A program made the translations under genes and the position numbers. From a virus (Duplodnaviria; Caudoviricetes), in IMG/VR virus record IMGVR_UViG_3300035204_001410, positions 1 to 53,720 of that record: DNA of 53,720 nt; one strand, given 5' to 3'. Of the stretch, positions 29,527 to 38,674 are shown in pieces. Position 1 is the stretch's first letter. Every line of letters starts with the position of its first letter. Under the pieces are notes generated by a model. It searched no databases. It worked only from the letters and a program-made list of their open reading frames with translations, and was not told the DNA's origin.

Positions 29527-30919
29527 ATTTAAGATGTTCGGACCCCTTTATCCATTCTCCATGAACTTTTTCACAAATTTTATCTAGCTGCTTTACTAGC
29601 TTTTGATGAACCTTTTCGTCTACGTTTACTTTTTTGTAATGCCATTCAATATAGATTTCGTTAATATATTTTATGGTGCCGTCTTTTATCATTTTAGGTA
29701 AAACATGATATTCCGCTCCTTCTATATCCATTTTAAGTACAATGTAGTCTTTTTTCTCAAAGTTTTTAAAAATCCATTGACTAAAATTTATAGCGTCTAC
29801 TTCTAAAGGATTATCTAAGTCGTTTTCTTTATATCCGTTAGGATGTATTTTTTCAGTCAGGACGCTGCTTCCATCTCCGTCATTACGATCTAGGTAAAAA
29901 TTTATTTTTTCATCTTTTACCCATACAGCTTTGCTATGAATGTGAACTTCTGGATTATTTTTTGCATAGTTTTGTATTAAATCAAAGTTAGGCTCAAAAG
30001 AAAAAATTTCAAATTTTGAGTCTCTATATTGCTTACTTCTTTTAAATTTTTCAATCGATTGGCCTTTGTGTCCACCACAATCGATAAAGACGTTTCTTCT
30101 TCTATTTTGTTGACGCCATTTTAATGTATGACCTATTCTAGAAAATATTTTTTTATCGGTATCGATTTGTAGTCTTGGGTAGAAAGATCGTTCTATGTGT
30201 CTTAATATAGCTTGGTCTGAACCGCATCCCTTAGGAAACTCTCTCGATAATTTAGCTAGCTTGTTTATACGTTTTGGAGCGCTTTTACCCTCTTTTTCGT
30301 GGAACTTTATAACATTAACAGCATTGGTGATAGCTTTTTCTTTTTCGTACCATTCTTTAGCTTTTAGGTCTTCGTGTGTGACGTAGTCCAGAACCTTTTT
30401 GAATACTTCTATAACGAAGTCTTTTTTACCTATATAAGCTCCAGCGTTTAAAAATAAGTTATCATGCGTTTCCTTGGCCCATTTTTGATTTTCTAAAGAT
30501 TCTTCGGTATACCAATACCCCTTCCAGAAGCTTGTAGCGTTAAACAATAAATCGCAATCAAACTTATTTAAAAATATTTCTAATACTTCGTGAGGACTTT
30601 TGTAAAAGAACACATCGTCCGTATCGACAAAAATTACATATTTTTTATTTTTAGCGTATTTGCTTTCTAAAAAGTTAATATAAGGAATCAGTCTTTTAGT
30701 ATTGCTCCAAGGCTTAATATCTTTCAGCTTTAAACAGCGATAATTTTTACATTTATGATATTTCATTTGTTCCTCAAAAAAGGAATCATATGGATAATTA
30801 TGGCAGCCTATAAGTAATAAATCTTCAGGGACGATAAATTCCTTTGGCAGCAAGCCGTTTACCTTGTGGTATTCATACTCTTTTACGGCTCTTAGTTGAT
30901 CGTGATAAATAGGAACCAT
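29519..30919 (-). CDS. PLOD-type glycosyltransferase fused to FkbM-family methyltransferase
   Basis: N-terminal VIFVDTDDV, LLFNA, FLNAGAYIG, SDQ, IDT..KIF; C-terminal FIDCGGHKG, FEPN, LKMDIEGAEY, IEWH. Confidence 0.82.
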   Translation of the reverse strand: MVPIYHDQLRAVKEYEYHKVNGLLPKEFIVPEDLLLIGCHNYPYDSFFEEQMKYHKCKNYRCLKLKDIKPWSNTKRLIPYINFLESKYAKNKKYVIFVDTDDVFFYKSPHEVLEIFLNKFDCDLLFNATSFWKGYWYTEESLENQKWAKETHDNLFLNAGAYIGKKDFVIEVFKKVLDYVTHEDLKAKEWYEKEKAITNAVNVIKFHEKEGKSAPKRINKLAKLSREFPKGCGSDQAILRHIERSFYPRLQIDTDKKIFSRIGHTLKWRQQNRRRNVFIDCGGHKGQSIEKFKRSKQYRDSKFEIFSFEPNFDLIQNYAKNNPEVHIHSKAVWVKDEKINFYLDRNDGDGSSVLTEKIHPNGYKENDLDNPLEVDAINFSQWIFKNFEKKDYIVLKMDIEGAEYHVLPKMIKDGTIKYINEIYIEWHYKKVNVDEKVHQKLVKQLDKICEKVHGEWIKGSEHLKYV

Positions 30920-30922
30920 AAT

Positions 30923-31780
30923 TTATTTTTCCCATCTCTCTAGAGAATCAACTAGAGCTTCTTCCGTGGTCCTCATCTCAAACCCTGTGGATAAAAGTTT
31001 AGAATTATCTAATAAACAATTAGACCTTGGAGCTGTCGCTCCAATATTGTAAAATTCTTCTTCAGAATCAAAAAAATTAAAATTATTAATACTTAAATGC
31101 TTGCCGATAAGCGAGCATACTTGCTCGGTATCAACCGATCCTGTATTAGTAATATTATATGTTCCAAATATACAGTTTTCTTGATATAGATGCAGGCATG
31201 CGTCAACGAAATCTGCTCTGTGCGATATTGAGTTTTGCATGTTCAATAATTTATCATAAGTCATTAACTTGGATAAATAATTCCTAGGGCTATTGATGTT
31301 ATCAAAAGGGATTCTTAATCTGCAAATATAAGAATTATTTTTGTTTATTAATTTCTCTGCTAAAGCTTTAGTGCCAGAATAAAAAGAACAATTATTTTGT
31401 TCAAAAGAAAAATTAGGGGGGTCTTCTTCAGTAAACTCCTTATCGTATCCGTTATATATACAACCAGAAGAAATATGCATAAATTTAATCATTACCTCTG
31501 AGCATAACGCAGAAAGCATCTGCGGAAGGATAACGTTACCTTCTATGCATTCTTCTTTATTGTTTTCACAGGCATCTACGTTGGGTTTACCAACATAACC
31601 AGCGCAATTAATTAGAATATCAAAATTAGCCGCGTTTGCATGTAAGAAATGCATTATTGTTTCATAATTTGTATAATCCATTCCAGACCTAGATAAGCCG
31701 AAAAATTCTATACCTTTATCCACAAACCTTTGTTTAAAGGCTTCTCCAATATATCCACTCTCTCCTAATAATAATATCAT
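30923..31780 (-). CDS. RmlD-like NDP-4-keto-6-deoxyglucose epimerase/reductase (NRS/ER type)
   Basis: GESGYIG, NCAGYVGKPNVDACE, SSGCIY, FYSGTK, LRIP...PRNYLSKL. Confidence 0.85.
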   Translation of the reverse strand: MILLLGESGYIGEAFKQRFVDKGIEFFGLSRSGMDYTNYETIMHFLHANAANFDILINCAGYVGKPNVDACENNKEECIEGNVILPQMLSALCSEVMIKFMHISSGCIYNGYDKEFTEEDPPNFSFEQNNCSFYSGTKALAEKLINKNNSYICRLRIPFDNINSPRNYLSKLMTYDKLLNMQNSISHRADFVDACLHLYQENCIFGTYNITNTGSVDTEQVCSLIGKHLSINNFNFFDSEEEFYNIGATAPRSNCLLDNSKLLSTGFEMRTTEEALVDSLERWEK

Positions 31781-31795
31781 AATATAAATTTATTT

Positions 31796-32656
31796 TTATT
31801 GTGAGACTCTCAACAAGTAGCTTTTATAATCGCTATCAGGCATCTTCGCCGCTAGATCTTTCAATTCTTTTTTGTTTATTAGTTTTTTATTGTAAGCAGC
31901 TTCCTCTATGCAACCAATTTTAATTCCTTGTCTTTCTTCAATGACTTTTATATACTCTGCTGATTCATGCAAAGATTTAGGAGTCCCAGCATCTAACCAT
32001 GCACAGCCGCGATTTAACTTAAAAGCTTTTAATTTACTAGTAGCTATATATTTATTAATAACAGAAGTAATCTCTAACTCTCCTCTCGGAGAGGGGCTAA
32101 TAGATTTAGCATAATCAACAACATTCTCATCAAATATATATAGCCCCGGAATTGCATAATTACTAGAAGGCTCTTTAGGTTTTTCAGTAACACTCCTTAC
32201 CCCACCACTCTTTTTAAAATTTATAACACCATACCTCTCTGGATCTTTAACTTCATAACCAAATATAATACCGCCAGATCTAAAATTATGAAACGCCCTT
32301 TTAAATACCCTACTTCCACCAGAAAAGATGTTATCTCCTAGAATTAAAGCAACTTTTTCTCCCTTTATAAAGTTTTTAGCAATTAAAAATGATTGAGCTA
32401 TGCCTTCTGGCTTTTTTTGAACCTTATAAGAGATGTTTATACCTAAAAAAGGAATATTTTTTAATATTTTTTTAAAATTATTGATATGTTCTGGAGAGGA
32501 AATTAAACAAATGTCATTAATCCCGTTTTCAATCAAAGTACAGAGTGGGTAGTAGATCATGGGTTTATCATATACCGGCAAAAGTCCTTTATTTTGAACA
32601 GATGTCGTAGGATAAAGCCTAGTCCCACTTCCTCCAATTAAGATTATGCCTTTCAT
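31796..32656 (-). CDS. rfbA: Glucose-1-phosphate thymidylyltransferase
   Basis: GIILIGGSGTRLYP, LLPVYDKPMIYYP, LILGDNIF, EKP, RGELEIT, WLDAGT. Confidence 0.96.
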   Translation of the reverse strand: MKGIILIGGSGTRLYPTTSVQNKGLLPVYDKPMIYYPLCTLIENGINDICLISSPEHINNFKKILKNIPFLGINISYKVQKKPEGIAQSFLIAKNFIKGEKVALILGDNIFSGGSRVFKRAFHNFRSGGIIFGYEVKDPERYGVINFKKSGGVRSVTEKPKEPSSNYAIPGLYIFDENVVDYAKSISPSPRGELEITSVINKYIATSKLKAFKLNRGCAWLDAGTPKSLHESAEYIKVIEERQGIKIGCIEEAAYNKKLINKKELKDLAAKMPDSDYKSYLLRVSQ

Positions 32657-32835
32657 TTCACTACTGGCTTCCAAACAAATTCATTTATATCAGGATCAAA
32701 TACTTTTTTGTATTTTTTCCCATCCTCTTTCCACATGTAAATTACTTTCTCTTTATCTATTTCGCCTTGACCGGGTCTTCTGCTCAAGTAGTCATAATAG
32801 TCTTCCCCTTGACCAGTATGAAGGTTATCACTCAT
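32653..32835 (-). CDS. Hypothetical protein, leaderless, first gene of the glycan operon
   Basis: TTGACG-17-TAGTAT-6-ATG (32842-32870). Confidence 0.6.
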   Translation of the reverse strand: MSDNLHTGQGEDYYDYLSRRPGQGEIDKEKVIYMWKEDGKKYKKVFDPDINEFVWKPVVK

Positions 32836-33040
32836 AAAGTTATACTAGCGGCGAAAGTACAAAACGTCAAATTTAGCGCGTTTATACGTGCGTATGAATA
32901 TTTTTAAATAATTTATAATATTTATTGATAGAGTTTATTTTTTTCGGGCAGATTTATTTTAACCCCCCACCCCCCACACGCGAGCGCAAAAACTTTTTTG
33001 ATTCGAAAAATAGGGGGGGGTCGTCCTATTAGGCTCTTTT

Positions 33041-33202
33041 TTAATTCGTTAAGCTCTCAAAGTAGCTTTTCCAGCCCTGACTTGCTAAAGCGATCCACAA
33101 AAAGGCCAAAAAAAGTATGCCGTAAGCAACAAAAGCTATTTGGGCAAATAATTTGACACATTCCCAAGGTTGAAACGTATTTTTTTTATGATTAGTCTTC
33201 AT
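33041..33202 (-). CDS. Small membrane protein (53 aa, below track cutoff)
   Basis: MKTNHKK...LFAQIAFVAYGILFLAFLWIALA. Confidence 0.6.
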   Translation of the reverse strand: MKTNHKKNTFQPWECVKLFAQIAFVAYGILFLAFLWIALASQGWKSYFESLTN

Positions 33203-33211
33203 TAGTAGGTT

Positions 33212-33376
33212 TTAGCGAGTTAAAATGTCAATGGCGTCGATCATTTGGAATCCGTAATCCAAGATAACCGCAACAAAGATAATTGTCACAGCAAATTTGG
33301 TCATCGGCATCAACACTTCGTCGGCAAACATCTTGTTAGCTTCGTCGTTCCATTTTTGTAGGTTGTTTTTCTTCAT
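33212..33376 (-). CDS. Small membrane protein, leaderless
   Basis: ATG 6 nt after TATATT; one TM segment. Confidence 0.7.
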   Translation of the reverse strand: MKKNNLQKWNDEANKMFADEVLMPMTKFAVTIIFVAVILDYGFQMIDAIDILTR

Positions 33377-33422
33377 TGGTACAATATAACACAGATTAGG
33401 TTGCTTGTCAAGTGGTTTTTGT

Positions 33423-33632
33423 CTACCACTCAGGATATTCTTGTGCATCGTGCCACGCTTCGTCTGCGTATGAACCACAATCATCATCCAAAGTGTATTC
33501 AGCCAGAAAAGGTGTCGTAGGCAGATGCCCCACGCGCTCCAAAGATGGGGTTTCTGTTGGAACTTCTATTCCCTCGCATACTTGGTCGAGAAGTCGTTGG
33601 GTTTCTGGGTCAAAGTCAGGTCCGTTTTTCAT
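33423..33632 (-). CDS. Acidic hypothetical protein, near-leaderless
   Basis: MKNGPDFD start 8 nt after the -10. Confidence 0.7.
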   Translation of the reverse strand: MKNGPDFDPETQRLLDQVCEGIEVPTETPSLERVGHLPTTPFLAEYTLDDDCGSYADEAWHDAQEYPEW

Positions 33633-33665
33633 AATATAATAATATAACACAAGTTAAAGCATTTG

Positions 33666-33974
33666 TCAATCGATTTTTTCATATACTGTATGAGAACTTA
33701 ACCCCACTTCTTCTTTTTCATCTTCCCAATAGTATCCCTCTGGAGGCATGACTTCATCAAGGGCAGTACCTTTAGCTTGACTGATGATATAGGGCTTAAT
33801 CTCGTTCATATCAACGTTTCCCCATTCATTCTCAAAGCCCATCACAAGACCAAAGGCGATGCCGTTTTCGTCTGTCTCTCCGAGGTAATATTCCCAAAAG
33901 TTTTTTAGAATGATATGCTGGTGAACGGCGAAAGGTTCGCCACCTTGGTTGCTGATGATGTTTCTCGGTTTCAT
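33666..33974 (-). CDS. DUF2958-like protein, leaderless
   Basis: WEYY....D...AFGLVMGFENEWG.V...E. Confidence 0.65.
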   Translation of the reverse strand: MKPRNIISNQGGEPFAVHQHIILKNFWEYYLGETDENGIAFGLVMGFENEWGNVDMNEIKPYIISQAKGTALDEVMPPEGYYWEDEKEEVGLSSHTVYEKID

Positions 33975-34013
33975 TGTTACAATATAACACAGAAACGAAT
34001 GCTTGTCAAGTGT

Positions 34014-34085
34014 TGTGAATAACTTTCTGAAAAATAGGGGGGGTAAGTTGGCATACGACGTGCGGCAGCTTCCATGCCAAGTTAC
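34014..34085. repeat. Intergenic element copy E1
   Basis: TGTGAATAACTT-18-TAAGTT-29bp core-AAGTTAC. Confidence 0.9.
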
Positions 34086-34153
34086 TAGTCAATCATTGCT
34101 TTGTGCATAAGTAAAATGACAATGCCTGTCCAAATAATATAAAAAGTTTCCAT
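34085..34153 (-). CDS. 22-aa hydrophobic micropeptide
   Basis: METFYIIWTGIVILLMHKAMID; abuts the upstream gene stop and ends TAG TAA at element E1. Confidence 0.5.
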   Translation of the reverse strand: METFYIIWTGIVILLMHKAMID

Positions 34154-34381
34154 TTATATATCTTCGTTTAGTTCACTAATCAAGTGAGCGATTGTTTGAA
34201 GTGTTTTAGATGGGTCTGGTGATTGTCGTATCATCACAGCCATAACTAGTATTGGGTCATAATCTGATTTGCTACACTCCCTCCATTGGCCTACTTCTTT
34301 TACCCATAACGCAGATTGCCTTGTCCTGCTGTTTTGAAATATGGCAAAGTCTGGTGCTTTCTTATCCATACCATTCATTAC
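34154..34381 (-). CDS. Hypothetical protein
   Basis: ORF coupled to the upstream gene; start uncertain. Confidence 0.6.
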   Translation of the reverse strand, partial: VMNGMDKKAPDFAIFQNSRTRQSALWVKEVGQWRECSKSDYDPILVMAVMIRQSPDPSKTLQTIAHLISELNEDI

Positions 34382-34557
34382 ACGTACCATCTCCCGTTCA
34401 TATACATTGGGCCTTGCGGAAGCTCAATGTTTGTCACGGTATCTTTGACAATCGTAGCTTTTGCCTGAAGGTCAGCACGTAGCTTTTTCGCTTCTTCTGC
34501 TGTGGCTCGCAAAGAAACAATCTCTGCTTCGAGGGGTAGGTTTTTTTCGTTGTTCAT
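34378..34557 (-). CDS. Hypothetical coiled-coil protein, leaderless
   Basis: MNNEKN start 7 nt after the -10. Confidence 0.7.
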   Translation of the reverse strand: MNNEKNLPLEAEIVSLRATAEEAKKLRADLQAKATIVKDTVTNIELPQGPMYMNGRWYV

Positions 34558-34610
34558 TAGATACAATATAACACAGGTTGTAGGTTTTGTCAAGGGCCGT
34601 AATGACTTTT

Positions 34611-34775
34611 TTATTCCATTTCCCGCCAGCTTTCGCCATCGTCGTAAGAAATCAAATCCAATGCGTGAATCACGATTGCCTCTTGTCCAGCATAATCAAA
34701 GCTGTGTACTTCATACTCTATGCCGTCTACCACGGCGTTTCCGTTTTCGTTTAGTTCTATGTCGTTCATAATCAT
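34611..34775 (-). CDS. Acidic hypothetical protein
   Basis: TGGTATATT-6-ATG without a consensus -35. Confidence 0.6.
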   Translation of the reverse strand: MIMNDIELNENGNAVVDGIEYEVHSFDYAGQEAIVIHALDLISYDDGESWREME

Positions 34776-34813
34776 GTGTCTAATATACCATAGGGGGTGA
34801 GACATCCGTAGTC

Positions 34814-35014
34814 CTACCATTCACTTTTTATCATTAAACTTTTCAGCATTTTAATCCGTCTTGGTGGGATATCCCCACCTTGCGGAAGGCTAGGGTAATG
34901 CTCTACCTCTACCCAACCATTAACGGGATGCCTTGGGCTCAGGTCGCTAGTGACGATTCCCAACCATGCACCATTGTCACGGTGACGCACTTTAGTTCCT
35001 GCCTTAATCTTCAT
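34814..35014 (-). CDS. Small SH3-like hypothetical protein, leaderless
   Basis: MKIKAGTKVRH..GIV..; ATG 6 nt after the -10. Confidence 0.65.
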   Translation of the reverse strand: MKIKAGTKVRHRDNGAWLGIVTSDLSPRHPVNGWVEVEHYPSLPQGGDIPPRRIKMLKSLMIKSEW

Positions 35015-35064
35015 TGGTACAATATAACATACAAAAGGGTGTTTGTCAAGGGGTGAGGTACGAT

Positions 35065-35126
35065 TGTGAATAACTTTTTTCGGGTAAGTTGGCATGCGGC
35101 GTGCGGCAGCTTCCATGCCAAGTTAC
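35065..35126. repeat. Intergenic element copy E2
   Basis: TGTGAATAACTT-8-TAAGTT-29bp core-AAGTTAC. Confidence 0.9.
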
Positions 35127-35130
35127 TAAT

Positions 35131-35180
35131 TAAAAAGGCGCAGCGAGCGAAAACATGAAAAAACTCGCTGCACCCTTTTT
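35131..35180 (-). terminator. Probable (bidirectional) terminator after the hydrolase gene
   Basis: aaaaagg-cgcagcgag...ctcgctgc-acccttttt. Confidence 0.6.
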
Positions 35181-35182
35181 GC

Positions 35183-35716
35183 TCACCGTAATTTGTAGAA
35201 TAGATGCCGACCAATTCGTGCAACGGGTAGTTTACCTTTTGTCCAATACGGGCGCACACCGATAGCGTGGTAATGATCTGCAAATCCAGTAAATTTACGA
35301 TTGATAAGTGGTGGTGCTAGACTGGCTAATTGCATAGCAACCTTACCCTCATTCGATGCCCACAACATTGCTGGCGGCACTGGGATACGTCCATTATTCC
35401 AACAAGAGAATTGTTTTCTTTGCAAGCAAACTTGATGCGGTTGTAATTTCCTGTTTATAGCCCTTTGTTGTATAACAGCTAGAACAGCATGCATACCAAC
35501 AGCACCCTCTCCACGAGCTTCACCAAGTAAGGTTAAAGCAACGATCTGTATTGGTGATAAGCCTAGCCTATAAACTGGATGAACAGGTAAGGCAGGTCTT
35601 GGAGTATATGTTGGTTTTGGGTAGTTACTAGGCAAAACCCTAGGTTTAGGTTGTGCAAGAGCGACAGTGCAAACTATAAACACTAGCACCGTAATAATCA
35701 TCCAATGTTTTTTCAT
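35183..35716 (-). CDS. Cell wall hydrolase (SleB/Hydrolase_2) with signal peptide, leaderless
   Basis: TLLGEARGEG..GM.AV..VI..R, QFSCWN, ADHYHA..V.PYW, IGRHLFY. Confidence 0.9.
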   Translation of the reverse strand: MKKHWMIITVLVFIVCTVALAQPKPRVLPSNYPKPTYTPRPALPVHPVYRLGLSPIQIVALTLLGEARGEGAVGMHAVLAVIQQRAINRKLQPHQVCLQRKQFSCWNNGRIPVPPAMLWASNEGKVAMQLASLAPPLINRKFTGFADHYHAIGVRPYWTKGKLPVARIGRHLFYKLR

Positions 35717-35742
35717 AATTTTAGTATAAAGGTTTTTTTAAT

Positions 35743-35907
35743 TTAGTCAAGGGTTTTTTTGTTTATCTTTTTGTATTCAGCCCAAATCTTTTTATGCCAC
35801 TCTTTATAAGCGTCACTTTCAAGGGCTTCACTCATTTCTTTTTTACGTCTCAAGTAAAACTCTTTACTTGTTTCGTTTTTGTTGAATCTCCTATTCTCGT
35901 ACTTCAT
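35743..35907 (-). CDS. Small basic hypothetical protein (54 aa)
   Basis: MKYENRRF; ATGA overlap with the upstream stop. Confidence 0.55.
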   Translation of the reverse strand: MKYENRRFNKNETSKEFYLRRKKEMSEALESDAYKEWHKKIWAEYKKINKKTLD

Positions 35908-36209
35908 GAAAGTAATTCAGAAGGAGGAGAAGTAGCAAGGCCAGAGTTAGGCAATGGTGGCAACTTTGGTAACGGCAACGGTGGCAACGGTGGTAATTGT
36001 ACTTTTGCGATTGGGCTGGAAAGCGAATTCTCGTTTACCGCGAAATGCTTCCTCAAGATGGGAATTGCTTTCTTGATGTTATAAAGCCGATAAGCCTCGG
36101 CTTTAGCCTCTCCGTGAGTCTGCCCCAACTTCTTGGCGGCAATGATGTGGTTGGTTACTTGTGCCGCTTTAACGGCGTTCTTTGCTTGGTAGGTTTTGTA
36201 GGTTTTCAT
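35904..36209 (-). CDS. Hypothetical protein with Pro-rich C-terminus, leaderless
   Basis: MKTYKTYQ start 7 nt after the -10. Confidence 0.7.
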   Translation of the reverse strand: MKTYKTYQAKNAVKAAQVTNHIIAAKKLGQTHGEAKAEAYRLYNIKKAIPILRKHFAVNENSLSSPIAKVQLPPLPPLPLPKLPPLPNSGLATSPPSELLS

Positions 36210-36248
36210 TAGATATAATATAACACAGGTTAGGTTGATTGTCAATAG

Positions 36249-36428
36249 TTAAACGAAATAAATTTGATGAATAATTACAAACCCTAATGCGAGGGATGCG
36301 CCCAAACAGGCAGAAATAATCCACTCGCAATAACGAATTTGTTTCTTGCAACGGGAGATGTCGGCTTGCAGTTCGAGGTTGCTGCGTTGTTGTTTGTAGC
36401 TGGTGTAGGTTTCTTTAATTGCTTTCAT
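36249..36428 (-). CDS. 59-aa tail-anchored membrane protein, leaderless
   Basis: MKAIKETY...WIISACLGASLALGFVIIHQIYFV; ATG 6 nt after the -10. Confidence 0.7.
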   Translation of the reverse strand: MKAIKETYTSYKQQRSNLELQADISRCKKQIRYCEWIISACLGASLALGFVIIHQIYFV

Positions 36429-36463
36429 TAGTATAATATAACACAGGTTAGTGGGTTTGTCAA

Positions 36464-36667
36464 CTAAAATGTTCTATGTTTTAAGTCTTCGGGTGTGGTG
36501 GTTGGTGGTCGCCAACCCTCATCACACTTACAATACTTCGGACAATCATCCTCTGCGCTTCCCTCTTTTGCTACTGTCTCGTGACAGGTAGGACACAGAA
36601 ACAATTGCCTAATCGCTGGATGATCCAAGCAGAATCGCTTTGTTAATGGGCCGAATTTAGTTGTCAT
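36464..36667 (-). CDS. Small Cys-rich (Zn-binding) protein
   Basis: CPTC...CPKYCKC. Confidence 0.6.
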   Translation of the reverse strand: MTTKFGPLTKRFCLDHPAIRQLFLCPTCHETVAKEGSAEDDCPKYCKCDEGWRPPTTTPEDLKHRTF

Positions 36668-36825
36668 ACTAATTCTTTTGTTGCTGTTGGTTCCTTACCC
36701 TCTCGGACTAGGTTAACGTCGAAACAGACTGCGCTTAATAGTTTGCCCTTGTCTGCGTTTCGGTTGCTCGCAATAATTGCCATTGTGAAGATGAAATCGA
36801 TTGCTTTTGATTCTTTAACTGTCAT
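36664..36825 (-). CDS. Hypothetical protein (53 aa)
   Basis: MTVKESK; ATGA overlaps at both ends. Confidence 0.6.
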   Translation of the reverse strand: MTVKESKAIDFIFTMAIIASNRNADKGKLLSAVCFDVNLVREGKEPTATKELV

Positions 36826-37133
36826 TTTACTTCCTCATATACGGGGTTAGTCATACTTGCTCTAGTGCGGTACTCCCACTCTGGAGACATCACGCTAACA
36901 GGTTCCTCACCAGTTTGCACAAACAACTTGCCAACGGCATAATCTAGCCACCAACGCTTTTGTTGATTCCAGTAGAAGTCAATCGCTTTTTCCATATCGG
37001 CAACAAACTTCTGTGTCGCTGGTTTGTGCATACTACTAAAGTGAGCGCAGCACTCATCAAATCCATCCCAGCCAGTAGTTTCCTTTTTGCCTACGGCGTG
37101 AAGTTCAATATAGTAATGTTTTTCGTTTTCCAT
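36822..37133 (-). CDS. Hypothetical protein, leaderless
   Basis: MENEKHYY start 6 nt after the -10. Confidence 0.72.
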   Translation of the reverse strand: MENEKHYYIELHAVGKKETTGWDGFDECCAHFSSMHKPATQKFVADMEKAIDFYWNQQKRWWLDYAVGKLFVQTGEEPVSVMSPEWEYRTRASMTNPVYEEVK

Positions 37134-37164
37134 TGGTACAATATAACACACAAATGACGGTTTG

Positions 37165-37404
37165 TCAAACGATTTTTTTAACTTTCTTAAATCCGTTTTC
37201 GCAGTAGTCCGTAAGCCCTTGCTTGTTAATGAAATGCTCTGCCAATTCGTCAAAGTCATCCTCACCTGTTCCCATGTTGTTGGCGTGCTGCAATGCCCGA
37301 AACAAGCCGCAAGCCTCATAATGATCGTCGCAAGCCTTGGCGGCAGCGAGGTTCTGCTTACGGGTGGTGGGGACTACGTTTTGAAGTTTACCGTTCTTAA
37401 TCAT
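37165..37404 (-). CDS. Hypothetical protein, leaderless
   Basis: MIKNGKL start 6 nt after the -10; stop lies inside the next -35. Confidence 0.72.
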   Translation of the reverse strand: MIKNGKLQNVVPTTRKQNLAAAKACDDHYEACGLFRALQHANNMGTGEDDFDELAEHFINKQGLTDYCENGFKKVKKIV

Positions 37405-37443
37405 TAGTATAATATAACACAAGAACGTCACTTTGTCAAGCGT

Positions 37444-37506
37444 TGTGAATAACTTTTTTTAGGGTAAGTTGGTATGCGGCGTGCTGCAGCTCCCATGCCA
37501 AGTTAC
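37444..37506. repeat. Intergenic element copy E3
   Basis: TGTGAATAACTT-9-TAAGTT-29bp core-AAGTTAC; contains the stop codon of the upstream gene. Confidence 0.9.
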
Positions 37507-37907
37507 TCAACTCTTACTTGAATGTCACTGTCTAGGCCAAGCTGCTTTATTAGCTTCTTCGTTATTTCGTCTTTAGTTATTTCATGCCCTGATTTATCTT
37601 TTGGCTTATCGCCCATAACTTCCTCCCACGGCACATCAATACGCCAACCAAAGGGTAAACACTCATGCCACACACCGTCAATGTTAATGTAGTCACCCAC
37701 CATCATTGAACGAACATTAAGATTCAAGAACTGCTGTGACTCATTGCCTGATCCCGCATTCCATTGCTCCCAAACAAAGTCGAGAATCTCATGATCTGTG
37801 TATTCCCGTTCTGCGTTTGCGTCTAACATCCAATCATAACAGAATTGCCAATCAGAGGAAATCCGTTTGCTGGTGTCGTCGTGATATCTAACTGATACGT
37901 GTTTCAT
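37503..37907 (-). CDS. Hypothetical protein (RSMMVGD motif, YodL-like)
   Basis: VRSMMVGDYINIDGVWHECLPFGW resembles RS.SVGD families. Confidence 0.6.
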   Translation of the reverse strand: MKHVSVRYHDDTSKRISSDWQFCYDWMLDANAEREYTDHEILDFVWEQWNAGSGNESQQFLNLNVRSMMVGDYINIDGVWHECLPFGWRIDVPWEEVMGDKPKDKSGHEITKDEITKKLIKQLGLDSDIQVRVE

Positions 37908-37908
37908 G

Positions 37909-38475
37909 TTAATTACTTTCTTGCGCCTCTGGTGTTGGAACTTGCGCCCATACTTTTGTATGCCCATTCTCTGTGCCTGTCAAAATGACTTTGCGAGCAG
38001 TAAAGATAGGTTCAATCTTATCTTCAATACTACCACGAAAAGGATTAGTATCCTTCGTTACAAAGGTTCGATACTTATAAGGGTTATAAAGAACCTCGCG
38101 CCATTCGTAGCCTTCGCGCTCATCCATATACTGTTTTTCGAAATACTTACTTGCATCTTTGGCGTGACCCTTCTCAAACGCATCCATATCAGCATAAGCC
38201 CATACAGCATTAACTATGCAACCACGAATAACTGCATGGACATTTTTGCGCTGTTCATCACGCACGCGCTGATTCCCTTTCGGGCCTACGGCAAAGGTGA
38301 CAGGGTACTTGGTGTTACCGTCCATGATGACGGTATAGGCGTGACCCTCAACGAGTCCATCCGAGCATTTGCGCACAGAATAAACTGTTTCGTCTCTCCA
38401 GTTAAGATTGCGATAGACTTCCCGACGCATATGCGCCACGGCCTTTTTAGTGTCAGTGATATCGTGTAAAGGCAT
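37909..38475 (-). CDS. Conserved phage hypothetical protein
   Basis: VYRNL...RVRDEQRKNVHA.IRG...YNPYK..TFV pattern common in phages. Confidence 0.72.
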   Translation of the reverse strand: MPLHDITDTKKAVAHMRREVYRNLNWRDETVYSVRKCSDGLVEGHAYTVIMDGNTKYPVTFAVGPKGNQRVRDEQRKNVHAVIRGCIVNAVWAYADMDAFEKGHAKDASKYFEKQYMDEREGYEWREVLYNPYKYRTFVTKDTNPFRGSIEDKIEPIFTARKVILTGTENGHTKVWAQVPTPEAQESN

Positions 38476-38479
38476 AGGA

Positions 38480-38674
38480 TTAGTCTCCAAAAACATTCTC
38501 CCACTCTTCTGGAGTGATGCCTGTTTTAATGAACTCACGCTCATCTGCCGAGAGGTTCGGCATGGCGTTTTGAATGAGTTCGCCACCTTGCCAAGAAGCG
38601 ATCTGCTCCTCAGTAACGTCAATATCCATGACGTTTTTGTTACCACTGAATGGGGATTCTTTCTCGATCAACAT
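38480..38674 (-). CDS. Conserved phage hypothetical protein, leaderless
   Basis: LIQNAMPNLSADEREFIKTGITPEEW. Confidence 0.75.
   Translation of the reverse strand: MLIEKESPFSGNKNVMDIDVTEEQIASWQGGELIQNAMPNLSADEREFIKTGITPEEWENVFGD

Noticed and set aside
37909-38674. Assigning named anti-defence functions (Acb/Tad/Acr) to conserved small early proteins
   Set aside because: The families look familiar as conserved phage hypotheticals, but I cannot match them to a characterised protein without a search.
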